From contig NZ_CP013011.1 of NCBI RefSeq assembly GCF_001412615.1, positions 90,001 through 122,000 of the forward strand: DNA of 32,000 nucleotides, read 5' to 3'. Every line of letters begins with the position of its first letter. The stretch's first letter is position 1. This DNA comes from Pyrodictium delaneyi. Its GTDB lineage: Archaea > Thermoproteota > Thermoprotei_A > Sulfolobales > Pyrodictiaceae. The notes below the pieces were generated by a model, which worked only from the letters and a program-made list of their open reading frames with translations, did not search any database and was not told where the DNA came from. Made by a program: the position numbers and the translations under genes. Shown here in pieces: positions 8,603-16,848 of this stretch.

Positions 8603-8994
8603 AACGCGTAGTCTACGACACAAGCATCCTTATGCTCCTCTACGACGGTGTGGATGTTTTTGAGGAAAGCGCGTCGCTCCTTCTATCTAGTCCCGAGTGT
8701 ATCATTCCAAGCCAGGTTGTGGAGGAGCTCAGGAGGCTCGCAGAGAGGGCTAGCTCGATACACCGTAGAAGAGCAGCACGTCTAGCGCTAGAGGCAATAG
8801 AGAGGAAGAAGTGTCGAATAGTGGATATTGAGGCGGACAATACAGATGATGCTATAATATCCATAGTTGTGAATGATCCAGAGGCTATTGTAGCTACAGC
8901 GGATAACGAGCTACGGCGACGGCTAAGGGAGATGGGTCTCCCTAACATATACTACCGTAGATCGCGACATGGACTAATGCTTGAAGGCGCTTAG
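8581..8994 (+). CDS. PIN-domain endoribonuclease, Fcf1/Utp24-like (COG1412-type)
   Basis: 137-aa ORF that overlaps the eif2g end by 22 nt. PIN acidic residues are present (VVYDTSIL ... TDDAII ... [11 protein letters not shown]). It occupies the conserved neighbourhood between eif2g and rpoE. Confidence 0.7.
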   Translation: MGYSKRLKRVVYDTSILMLLYDGVDVFEESASLLLSSPECIIPSQVVEELRRLAERASSIHRRRAARLALEAIERKKCRIVDIEADNTDDAIISIVVNDPEAIVATADNELRRRLREMGLPNIYYRRSRHGLMLEGA

Positions 8995-9136
8995 CTATAG
9001 TTAATAAACATGTTGCTATACTGTTATTAGCTGAGAGGCGGTCACACTTAATACTTCCCAGCTTCTAGGCTTGGGCTTGGCGCTCTTAAAGGGTAGTGTA
9101 GCAACGCTGAGGCCGCCCGAGGGTGACAACTTGTAC

Positions 9137-9685
9137 ATGATTTACCGGGTTAGAGACACGGTTCGGATACCGCCGAGTCTATTCGGCAAACCTCTTGAAG
9201 AGGCTGCGCTGCAAGTGCTCACAGAGAAGTATGTTGGGTACGTCCATCCTGATATGGGGATAATAGTGGCTATATTCGATGTCAAGGTTAAAGAGGAGGG
9301 GCGGATAATACCCGGCGATGGCGCTACTTATCACGAATCCGAGTATAGTGTACTTGCGTTTAGGCCTCAAGTGAAGGAGGTCGTTGAAGGTATAGTGGTT
9401 AACGCGCAGCAATACGGATTATGGGTAAACCTTGGCCCTGTTGAGGGCTTTGCACATGTGACACAGCTCATGGATGATCGTGTAGTGTTTGATCCTCAGC
9501 GTAGAGCGCTCATAGGAGAGCGTAGTAGGCGTATAGTAGAGATCGGTGATGTTGTAAGGGCAAGGGTAGTATCGGTGTCAATACCTTCAGAGCCAACAAT
9601 GAGGCCGAGGATACAGCTTACACTAAGACAGCCCTATCTCGGTAAGCCAGAGTGGTACCAAAAAACCAAGCAAGAGTCCAGCTGA
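9137..9685 (+). CDS. rpoE: DNA-directed RNA polymerase subunit E' (Rpo7)
   Basis: The track ORF starts at 9071. The ATG at 9137 is preceded by GAGGGTGA (9120-9127) and gives the typical N-terminus MIYRVRDTVRIPPSLFG. A C-terminal S1-like domain is present (GDVVRARVVSVS). Confidence 0.85.
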   Translation: MIYRVRDTVRIPPSLFGKPLEEAALQVLTEKYVGYVHPDMGIIVAIFDVKVKEEGRIIPGDGATYHESEYSVLAFRPQVKEVVEGIVVNAQQYGLWVNLGPVEGFAHVTQLMDDRVVFDPQRRALIGERSRRIVEIGDVVRARVVSVSIPSEPTMRPRIQLTLRQPYLGKPEWYQKTKQESS

Positions 9686-9804
9686 AAGGTAATAAGCCTG
9701 GTTAACAATGTTTTCGATCTTGTCGTGAGTCTCGCAGCCCTCTAGACTATCAAGGAAAAATCATACCCATTCGCACTGTATCTTTAGTACCTCTGCCTCG
9801 TATA

Positions 9805-10053
9805 ATGTTAACACAATATGATGGAGGCGAAGTAACCGTGTCTGCAAGGAGAGTCAAAGTACCACCCTTCAAAGCATGTAGGAAGTGCAAAAGCCTAGTG
9901 CCGCGGGAGGCCACTCGGTGCCCAGTTTGTGGCTCTACGGATATATCTGAAGATTGGGAGGGAACACTCGTAGTCATAAACCCGGAGATGTCGCTCATAG
10001 CAAAAAGGCTTGAGATAAACCGGCCTGGAAGATACGCAATAAAGGTACGGTAA
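9805..10053 (+). CDS. spt4: transcription elongation factor Spt4 (RpoE'')
   Basis: Zinc-ribbon CRKC...CPVCGS followed by WEGTLVVINPEMSLIAKRLEI..PGRYAIKV. The true start may be the GTG at 9838, which would give about 71 aa. Confidence 0.85.
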   Translation: MLTQYDGGEVTVSARRVKVPPFKACRKCKSLVPREATRCPVCGSTDISEDWEGTLVVINPEMSLIAKRLEINRPGRYAIKVR

Positions 10054-10087
10054 GGTAGTAATAGGCTAGCAATATGGAGTTGAAAGT

Positions 10088-10657
10088 TTGGTAGGCTCTC
10101 GGGTGTTTTATACCATGGGTGTGCTGGGCTCCATTTTCTGTATGCCAGAGGAGCTTAGACCTCTTCTCGCGTCACGTGCGCCGCGCAGCATGCTAGTTCC
10201 TAGTCTTAACTATGTAGAGTCAATGCTAAGGTATGCTAGGCTAATAGTTGTAGGTGATAGAGTTACGAGAGACGCCCTAAGCCTAGGCTTAAGACCGGTA
10301 CTCGCTGTATACGATTGCACGGAAATGCGCTACAATGTAGAGTGCCCAGAACTGCCAAGGGACTATCGCCGGGTCCATGTAGCTAATCCACGTTCATCGA
10401 TATCCTTAGAGGCGCTTAACGCTATTCGTGACGGTATCCGCTCGGGACGTTATACTGCTATCCAGGTCAAGGGTGAGGAGGATCTACTAGCCATACCGGC
10501 CATCCTGTACGCCGATGTGGACTCTATAGTGGTTTATGGGCAGCCCTCGCGTGGCGTCCTACTAGTTCATGTAGACTGGTATGTTAAGAGGCTAGCCTGG
10601 AGCTTGCTGCGCATGTTCCAACCATGTGATGTGCCGCTGGAAAAGGCTAAAGAATAA
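10088..10657 (+). CDS. GTP-dependent dephospho-CoA kinase (DUF359 family)
   Basis: VGDRVT, VYDCTEMR and KGEEDLLAIPAILYADVDSIVVYGQPSRGVLLV match the DUF359/archaeal DPCK family. The more likely start is ATG 10142 (MPEELRPLL). Confidence 0.7.
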   Translation: MVGSRVFYTMGVLGSIFCMPEELRPLLASRAPRSMLVPSLNYVESMLRYARLIVVGDRVTRDALSLGLRPVLAVYDCTEMRYNVECPELPRDYRRVHVANPRSSISLEALNAIRDGIRSGRYTAIQVKGEEDLLAIPAILYADVDSIVVYGQPSRGVLLVHVDWYVKRLAWSLLRMFQPCDVPLEKAKE

Positions 10658-10710
10658 ACCCGGGAGGTCTGCTGCTCTGCACGGGGCTAGATAGTAGAGG
10701 GTATTGCGAG

Positions 10711-11106
10711 GTGGCGGTAGTGTCTCAGCCAAGTACGCCTATGGATGTGATTGAGCTACTAAGACCTAAGGATGGGAAAAAGCTTGAGGTAGACCTAGGC
10801 GAGGGCTACGAGGTCTACGCGGTAAAGGACTGGTATAACCCGCTGATAAAGCGCCGTGAGCTAGACGTAATAATACTCCACGTGGGTAAGCCTACTCCGA
10901 GCCGCATGAAGCTCCGCTATGCCTTCTCCAAGGCTCTAGGTGTTGACATCAAGAGGCTCTACATCAGGAAGGTCCTAAGCGAGTACGGTGTTGGGAGGAC
11001 AAAGGCCGAGATACACGTATATGACACTCCAGAGCGTGCGCTACAGTTCGAGCCTAAGTACATTATAGAGCGTAACAAGCTGCCAGAGGAAGAGGAAGAA
11101 GAGTAA
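10711..11106 (+). CDS. rps24e: 30S ribosomal protein S24e
   Basis: 131-aa ORF with NPLIKRRELDVIILHVGKPTPSR, EYGVGRTKAEIHVYD and FEPKYIIERN, plus an acidic tail. Confidence 0.9.
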   Translation: MAVVSQPSTPMDVIELLRPKDGKKLEVDLGEGYEVYAVKDWYNPLIKRRELDVIILHVGKPTPSRMKLRYAFSKALGVDIKRLYIRKVLSEYGVGRTKAEIHVYDTPERALQFEPKYIIERNKLPEEEEEE

Positions 11107-11143
11107 ACCCTCCCATAACATGGTCGTAGCGGGGTGAGCCGGT

Positions 11144-11335
11144 ATGGCGAAGGAGGGGCTTAAGCTCTACGTGCACAAGCTATACGAGTACGACTATAAC
11201 ACTGGTACAATAAAGCGAAAGAACAAGATATGCCCACGATGCGGCAGCTTCATGGCGTTCCACAAGAAGCCGGTGCCGAGGTGGCATTGTGGTAAATGTG
11301 GCCACACAGAGTTCGTCAGAGAAGCTAAGGGGTGA
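11144..11335 (+). CDS. rps27ae: 30S ribosomal protein S27ae
   Basis: 63-aa zinc-ribbon protein with CPRCGSFMAFH...WHCGKCGHTE. An SD GGGGTGA lies 6 nt upstream. Confidence 0.9.
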   Translation: MAKEGLKLYVHKLYEYDYNTGTIKRKNKICPRCGSFMAFHKKPVPRWHCGKCGHTEFVREAKG

Positions 11336-12374
11336 CCCCAGCAAGCTATACCACGGGCTAGACTGGAGCCGCGAAACCTATGTTCTCGGCATCGAGTCTA
11401 CGGCTCACACTTTTGGCGTAGGTATAGCCTCTACAAGACCGCCCTACATTCTGGCTAATGTCCGCGACGTATACCGCCCAGAGAAGGGTGGTATACACCC
11501 TAGAGAGGCGGCTAGCCACCACGCCAGGGTCGCACCTAGAGTCCTCTCCGAGGCTTTGCGACAGGCAGGCCTCAGTATAGGCGATATAGACGCTATAGCC
11601 GTAGCTCTTGGGCCAGGGCTCGGCCCGGCGCTCCGAGTAGGCGCTACGATAGCCCGTGGGCTTGCCGCATACTACTCGAAACCACTTGTGCCGGTAAACC
11701 ATGCACTAGCCCACATAGAGATAGGGAGACTTGCTACAGGGCTCAAAGACCCGCTAGTCCTCTACGTCTCTGGAGGAAATACGATGGTGGCGGCTTTCGC
11801 TAAGAAGCGCTACCGCGTCTTCGGCGAGACGCTTGACATAGCTCTAGGCAATCTCCTAGATACGTTTGCGAGGGATGCAGGCCTCGCACCGCCATACATA
11901 GTAGAAGGGCTCCATGTTGTGGACCGGTGTGCTCAGGAGGCGGAAAAGCCGGCAGACCTCCCCTACGTCGTCAAGGGGATGGATGTATCGTTCTCTGGAC
12001 TCCTAACAGCTGCCCTCCGGATGTGGAAGAGCCGAGCGGCTGAGCGTCCCTCCATATGCCTTGGACTACGGGAAGTAGCCTACGGAGCAGCTGTAGAGGT
12101 AGCAGAGAGAGGGCTAGCCCATACGAGAAAGAAGAGCATCCTGGTCACGGGCGGTGTTGCAGCTAGCCCTGTGCTCCGGAGCAAAATAGAAGACATGGCT
12201 AGGTATCATGGTGCGCTGGCTGGGTATCCACCTCTACCCCTAGCGGGAGACAATGGAGCCATGATAGCGTGGGTCGGCCTCCTAAACTTTCTAGCAGGTA
12301 TAACAATTAGGCCCGAGGAAGCTGTGGTGAAGCAGCGTTGGAGGCTCGACAGCGTGGAGGTACCGTGGCGCTAG
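11289..12374 (+). CDS. kae1: Kae1, tRNA N6-adenosine threonylcarbamoyltransferase (KEOPS catalytic subunit)
   Basis: The ASKHA fold is indicated by VLGIESTAHTFGVGI, the metal-binding HxxxH region VNHALAHIE, LYVSGGNT and TGGVAASPVLR. The only in-frame starts (ATG 11289, GTG 11298) overlap the rps27ae end. Confidence 0.9.
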   Translation: MVNVATQSSSEKLRGDPSKLYHGLDWSRETYVLGIESTAHTFGVGIASTRPPYILANVRDVYRPEKGGIHPREAASHHARVAPRVLSEALRQAGLSIGDIDAIAVALGPGLGPALRVGATIARGLAAYYSKPLVPVNHALAHIEIGRLATGLKDPLVLYVSGGNTMVAAFAKKRYRVFGETLDIALGNLLDTFARDAGLAPPYIVEGLHVVDRCAQEAEKPADLPYVVKGMDVSFSGLLTAALRMWKSRAAERPSICLGLREVAYGAAVEVAERGLAHTRKKSILVTGGVAASPVLRSKIEDMARYHGALAGYPPLPLAGDNGAMIAWVGLLNFLAGITIRPEEAVVKQRWRLDSVEVPWR

Positions 12375-13045
12375 AGGGCCTCGAAGAGCTAGGCGAGCCT
12401 CAGTACAAGGGCGCGGAAGCCTACGTCTACATAGTGGAGTGGCTAGGCAAGAAAGCTGTACTCAAGCTACGAGTACCCAAGACATACCGCCACTATCTTC
12501 TGGACAAGAGGCTCCGATGGCGCCGGACAATCAACGAGGCAAGAACAGTCCTTGCTGCACTGGAGCTGGGCGTGAATGCTCCAGCAATATACTATGTCAA
12601 CCCTGTAGCCGGAGTAATAGTTATGGAGTATATCGATGCCCCTAGCCTCTACGAGATTATAGAAGCCAAACCCGAGGCAGCTAAAGAGTATGCACGACGC
12701 CTAGGCGAAGCCGTGGGGATTCTTCACGAGACTGGTATAAGCCATGGCGACTTGACTACAAGTAATGTACTCGTAAAAGATGGTGAGGTATACCTTATAG
12801 ACTTTGGGCTAGCATCGCTGAAGAGTAGTGAGCGCGAGCAAGCTGTCGATGTCCACTTGTACATGCGTAGCCTCGAGTCAACGCATCCTGAACACGTGGA
12901 TAGCTTGCTCGAAGCCTTCCTAGAGGGCTATAGCTCTACACGGGGGAGTTCATGGACAGAGAAGATTATGCAGCTAGTACGTGAGATAAGGCTTATGGGT
13001 AGATACCGGGAGGAGAGGCGGACAGCATGGCGCCAGGAAGAGTGA
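12338..13045 (+). CDS. bud32: Bud32/PRPK atypical protein kinase (KEOPS subunit), not fused to Kae1
   Basis: GAEAYVY, VLKLRVPKTYRH..LDKRLRWRRTINEAR, ISHGDLTTSNVLV and YLIDFGLA are present. It overlaps kae1 by 37 nt from the TTG at 12338, or by 10 nt from the GTG at 12365. Confidence 0.9.
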   Translation: MEARQRGGTVALEGLEELGEPQYKGAEAYVYIVEWLGKKAVLKLRVPKTYRHYLLDKRLRWRRTINEARTVLAALELGVNAPAIYYVNPVAGVIVMEYIDAPSLYEIIEAKPEAAKEYARRLGEAVGILHETGISHGDLTTSNVLVKDGEVYLIDFGLASLKSSEREQAVDVHLYMRSLESTHPEHVDSLLEAFLEGYSSTRGSSWTEKIMQLVREIRLMGRYREERRTAWRQEE

Positions 13046-13605
13046 TTTACGTTGCGACTTCAAACATGCATAAGGTAGAGGAGATAAACGCTGTCCTCCA
13101 AGAATGTGGATATCGCGTTGAGCCTATAGATGCGCCTAAGCTGGAGATACAGGGAGATCTAAAGCGCGTAGCCCTCTATGCAGCAGCGACCGCCTACAGT
13201 ATAGTCGGGAAGCCGGTCCTCGTAGAAGATGCCGGTCTCTTCATAGAGGCTCTTCGCGGATTCCCAGGGCCATACTCATCTTACGTCTACAAAACTATAG
13301 GTATTGATGGCATCCTGCGCTTGATGAAAGGTGTTGATAATAGGCGGGCATACTTCTACTCGGTAATAGCTCTCGCATATGGTGGTGGTTTAGCCTTATT
13401 CGAAGGCAGATGCGACGGATACATCGCCGATGGGCCTCGCGGTGACAAGGGCTTCGGGTTTGACCCCATATTCATACCTGAGGGAGACAATAGAACCTTT
13501 GCGGAGATGGATGTAGAGGAGAAGAATAAGTACTCTCACCGTGCCCGCGCGGCGCGTGCTCTATGTAGTTGGCTAGAGAGGAATCAACAAGTGCTAACCA
13601 GCTAG
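13027..13605 (+). CDS. non-canonical purine NTP pyrophosphatase (HAM1/ITPase family)
   Basis: ATSNMHKVEE, GFPGPYS, GFGFDPIFIPEG and TFAEM..EEKNKYSHRARA are present. An alternative GTG start at 13042 forms a GTGA overlap with the bud32 stop. Confidence 0.9.
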   Translation: MAPGRVIYVATSNMHKVEEINAVLQECGYRVEPIDAPKLEIQGDLKRVALYAAATAYSIVGKPVLVEDAGLFIEALRGFPGPYSSYVYKTIGIDGILRLMKGVDNRRAYFYSVIALAYGGGLALFEGRCDGYIADGPRGDKGFGFDPIFIPEGDNRTFAEMDVEEKNKYSHRARAARALCSWLERNQQVLTS

Positions 13606-13683
13606 ACCCGGCAGCGCTAATAGAGTTTATTAGGCCCGAGAAGCGCTCCCCGCCTCCATGGCCTAATCCGGGATCCCCCTGGG

Positions 13684-13732
13684 GAAGCCCCGGGAGTAGG
13701 GGCTTCCACAGCGGCTATGGCTCCTACTCGCC
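13684..13732 (+). repeat. GC-rich hairpin element, copy B (in the rps15 upstream spacer)
   Basis: 8-bp hairpin GAAGCCCC-gggagta-GGGGCTTC (13684-13706), with CTACTCGCC at 13724-13732. It shares AGCCCCGGGAGT, GGGGCT and CTACTCGCC with copy A. Confidence 0.45.
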
Positions 13733-13750
13733 GGGAGAGGTGTAGAAGTT

Positions 13751-14224
13751 ATGGCTGGTAAGAGGAGAAAGAAGGGTAGATCACATTCCACAAGGCCTGC
13801 TAGCCCAACCGTGCCGAAGTGGGTGCAGTATGACCCAGAAGAGATTGAAGAGATAATCGTGGACCTAGCGAGGAAGGGCTACGGCCCCAGCATGATAGGC
13901 ATTATTCTGAGAGACCAGTTCGGTATACCGTTGGTAAAGCCCATACTAGGCAAGACGATAGTCGAGGTCCTCGAGGAACACGGAATAAAGATGGTAGTTC
14001 CCGAAGACCTCTTCCGCCTAATAGAGAAGGCTGTAAACCTACGTCGCCACCTAGAGGAGCACCCCAAGGACACTCACGCCAAGAAAGGTCTATTGGACCT
14101 AGAGTCCAAGATACGCAGGCTAGCAGAGTACTACAAGAGGGTAGGGAAGCTGCCGAAGGACTGGCGCTACGACCCACAGCGCGCAAAGCTGCTAATAGCG
14201 GGCGGTCTCTACCAGGAGCAGTAA
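13751..14224 (+). CDS. rps15: 30S ribosomal protein S15 (uS15/S13e type)
   Basis: 157-aa ORF. N-terminal block is [10 protein letters not shown]...[20 protein letters not shown] and [25 protein letters not shown] follow. An SD AGGTG lies at 13738-13742. Confidence 0.95.
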   Translation: MAGKRRKKGRSHSTRPASPTVPKWVQYDPEEIEEIIVDLARKGYGPSMIGIILRDQFGIPLVKPILGKTIVEVLEEHGIKMVVPEDLFRLIEKAVNLRRHLEEHPKDTHAKKGLLDLESKIRRLAEYYKRVGKLPKDWRYDPQRAKLLIAGGLYQEQ

Positions 14225-14375
14225 GCCCTCTAGGGCTACTTCAGTCTACACCTAAAGTTTCTCTTACAAGCCTCTGCTCCTTTGAGTCTATTATACTTTC
14301 TTACAGCCTCCTTGTAGAGGAGAAGGCAATTCTAGCCAGTCTTCAGCCCTGTATACGCTATGGGGATACTCTAGG

Positions 14376-15671
14376 TTGAGCCTTGACGAGGCGTTATCGA
14401 AGTTTGTTAACGAGAAAGAGGCTGCCCTCCTAAGGCCTTCGGCAAGTCAGATAGCTGCAGCTACGAAGGACTACGGCTACTTGGAGATATATGCCTACCC
14501 GTCGCTTGACGCGGCCCTAGCATCTGCTATAGCCGTGAACATATTTACACGGAACAATATCGAGTTCGTGCTGTACTTCACCCCAGTGCCACCCAGCGAA
14601 ATAGATGCTCCCGCCCTCCTGCTCGGCTACCCCTCCTCCGTAGCACACGACGTAACACCTCGCAAGCCTTCAGCGCTCATAGGGCCGGGCGAGAAGCCAC
14701 AGGGACTACTCCCCCTGGCCGTAACTAGTAGCCCTACTTCTAGCACAGCAAGCCTACTCGCAGGAGTACTATCCGAGATAACAATAGTGGGCTATCCAGC
14801 AGTATACAGTATCGTCGCAGCCTACTGGCGTGGCCTCGACGTAGGCAAGCGCGGCGAGTTTGTGGGCTTCGAGAACGGCATAATAGAGATGCTAAAGCTC
14901 GAAAACAAGGTGGAGGAACACTTTAACCTAAGACTATTCCGTTGGCTCTTCGAGCCTACTGAGGAGGCACTCTACTTGACCCTTGAACCCTTCATCCCAG
15001 GGATCAGCGGCAAACCGGAGGAGGCCCGCCGGCTCCTCGAATCCGATGCTAGGCTAACACAAGTGCTGGGCAAGACGATGGAAGAGGCCCCTGAGCAATC
15101 CGTAGCCGTGCTTGGAGAAAAGCTCTACACGATACTCAAAGAGGCGAGTAGTATACCCCGCAAGCCCTCCGAGCTAATAGGTGTCTCCTACTATAGCCGG
15201 CCAGCCCCACTAAAGGATCTAAGAGAGGCAGCCATAGTGCTAGCAGTGTACGGCGAGAAGCAAGGGCTCCCTTCTCTCTCGTCGCTGGGTGTCGCGGAGG
15301 AGCTTGTGGCTGGCGCAGCCTACTATAGGTACACGAAGCTATTCGACTCAATAGTTGAAACCGTAGAGGCTAATGCCGCCAAGAAGAGACCCCAAGTGCA
15401 GAGAAGCGGCCACTTCACTATAGCCCTCCTAGAGCGTGTGGGCGAGGCACCGCTCCTTCCTGTTGAGCGTATACTCCGCAGGCTAGGAGTTGTAAGGGAG
15501 CAGGAAGTAGCAGCATACCCCGTAGACAAGTCGAGCGTAGTAGTAGTATCTATGGAGAGTCTTCTTGACTACTACGGTATAGGAGTAGTAAGAGAAGCTA
15601 TTGAGGCGAATTGTCTACGCTACATCGAGGGCGGGCTCCTTGGGGAGCTTAGGCTTGGCTGTCAACTCTGA
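14376..15671 (+). CDS. RecJ/Cdc45-like protein with degenerate DHH motifs (RecJdbh-type, predicted non-catalytic)
   Basis: 431-aa ORF with a TTG start, in the conserved rps15 to rps3ae slot that RecJ/GAN homologues occupy in archaea. There is no DHH triplet and no DxD motif; the equivalent regions read YAYPSLDAALASAIA and LLLGYPSS. The assignment rests on synteny, size and weak motif remnants. Confidence 0.5.
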   Translation: MSLDEALSKFVNEKEAALLRPSASQIAAATKDYGYLEIYAYPSLDAALASAIAVNIFTRNNIEFVLYFTPVPPSEIDAPALLLGYPSSVAHDVTPRKPSALIGPGEKPQGLLPLAVTSSPTSSTASLLAGVLSEITIVGYPAVYSIVAAYWRGLDVGKRGEFVGFENGIIEMLKLENKVEEHFNLRLFRWLFEPTEEALYLTLEPFIPGISGKPEEARRLLESDARLTQVLGKTMEEAPEQSVAVLGEKLYTILKEASSIPRKPSELIGVSYYSRPAPLKDLREAAIVLAVYGEKQGLPSLSSLGVAEELVAGAAYYRYTKLFDSIVETVEANAAKKRPQVQRSGHFTIALLERVGEAPLLPVERILRRLGVVREQEVAAYPVDKSSVVVVSMESLLDYYGIGVVREAIEANCLRYIEGGLLGELRLGCQL

Positions 15672-15672
15672 G

Positions 15673-16005
15673 TTGTCTATACGTGTTAGTCTTCGGATAC
15701 ACAGTGTAGGCTGCAGCCTGGCTGAGGCTATAGCTGCCGCTATACGCCCCGATAACAAGACAGCACCTCCTTGGATGAATATAGTTGAGCGTGTTGAGGG
15801 AGACGACCTGGTCATAGAGGTTACAGCGCGCGTCGGAGAGGCGAAGAGGATAGGATCTATCAGGAATACTGTAGACGAGATTCTCGAATACCTATACTCT
15901 CTGCTCCGGAGCATAGAGGAGACTACTAAGACTTTAAAGCAGTCCGGAGACACGCACGGCGGTACCGGGGCAGTGGGTAATGAGCCGCAGACCCGGCGGG
16001 ACTAG
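15673..16005 (+). CDS. pcc1: Pcc1 (KEOPS dimerisation subunit)
   Basis: The track ORF 15601-16005 overlaps the RecJ-like gene. The in-frame TTG at 15673 sits right after that gene's stop. The sequence SLAEAIAAAIRPD...VEGDDLVIEVTARVGEAKRIGSIRNTVDEILEYLYSLLRSIEE fits the Pcc1/CTAG pattern (A..i..a..pe ... l.i.i.a.d...lR..vns.l..l). Confidence 0.6.
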   Translation: MSIRVSLRIHSVGCSLAEAIAAAIRPDNKTAPPWMNIVERVEGDDLVIEVTARVGEAKRIGSIRNTVDEILEYLYSLLRSIEETTKTLKQSGDTHGGTGAVGNEPQTRRD

Positions 16006-16627
16006 AGATAAGTGGCGTCTAAAGAAATGGTACGAAGTAATAGCACCACCAGTATTCGGGAATGTGAGCCTCGGCACTACCCCGGCCGACGACCCGCGTA
16101 AGCTAATTGGCAGAGTAATGGAGACAACCCTCTACGACATAACCGGCGACTTCTCGCTCGTGCATGTACACTTGTTCTTCCAGATAACCGATGTAGACGA
16201 GGAGAACCTCAAGGCATTCACCAGGTTTAAGGGCCACGAGCTAGCCCGCGACTACATGAAGAGCCTCATAAGGAGGAAGAGCAGCAAGGTTCAGGGTATA
16301 TACAACGTGGTCACCAAGGATGGGTACGGTCTCCGTATAACTGGCGTTGTCCTCACAACATACCGGTGTAAGACAAGCCAGAAGAAAGCCATTAGGAAGA
16401 TAATGGGTAACATAATAACTAAGCGTGCATCCGAGATGACACTAGACGAGCTCATAAAGGCGATGCTCTTTGGTCAGCTAGCTAACGAGATATTCGAAGA
16501 GGCAAAGAAGATATACCCACTACGTAAGGTCGAGATATACAAGTCAAAGCTGCTAACAGTGCCAGGTCCCGACGGTAAGCCACAGCCCGCAGTAGTAGTA
16601 TCCCCGCTAATGTATGAGATACGTTAA
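15980..16627 (+). CDS. rps3ae: 30S ribosomal protein S3Ae (eS1)
   Basis: 215-aa ORF with KWRLKKWYEVIAPPVFG, VMETTLYDITGDF and the family's usual length and basic composition. Confidence 0.9.
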   Translation: MSRRPGGTRDKWRLKKWYEVIAPPVFGNVSLGTTPADDPRKLIGRVMETTLYDITGDFSLVHVHLFFQITDVDEENLKAFTRFKGHELARDYMKSLIRRKSSKVQGIYNVVTKDGYGLRITGVVLTTYRCKTSQKKAIRKIMGNIITKRASEMTLDELIKAMLFGQLANEIFEEAKKIYPLRKVEIYKSKLLTVPGPDGKPQPAVVVSPLMYEIR

Positions 16628-16648
16628 CGAGCTTGCCGGGATCCAGAG

Positions 16649-16657
16649 TTTGTTTTT
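16649..16657 (+). terminator. oligo-T tract after rps3ae
   Basis: TTTGTTTTT lies 22 nt after the rps3ae stop. Archaeal termination typically uses oligo-T runs. Confidence 0.35.
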
Positions 16658-16848
16658 ACTATTAGACTATTCTCGTTGTGAAGATTGTTTATCCCGTCTA
16701 TCCCACCCCGAGCAGAGGCCACACTAAACAATTTCTACCGTCTTTGCTCTCCGGAATTTGTGTAGCCAAGTTCTGCTAGGGCAAGCTGGAGCTTGTAGAG
16801 ACGGCTAAGCAATAATAGAAAGAGGGTCTACGCAAGGCTGCTTCTTGC

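Noticed and set aside
15615-15953. 112-aa minus-strand ORF, plus the 15136-15529 minus ORFs
   Set aside because: They are antisense to Pcc1 and the RecJ-like gene and have no recognisable features.
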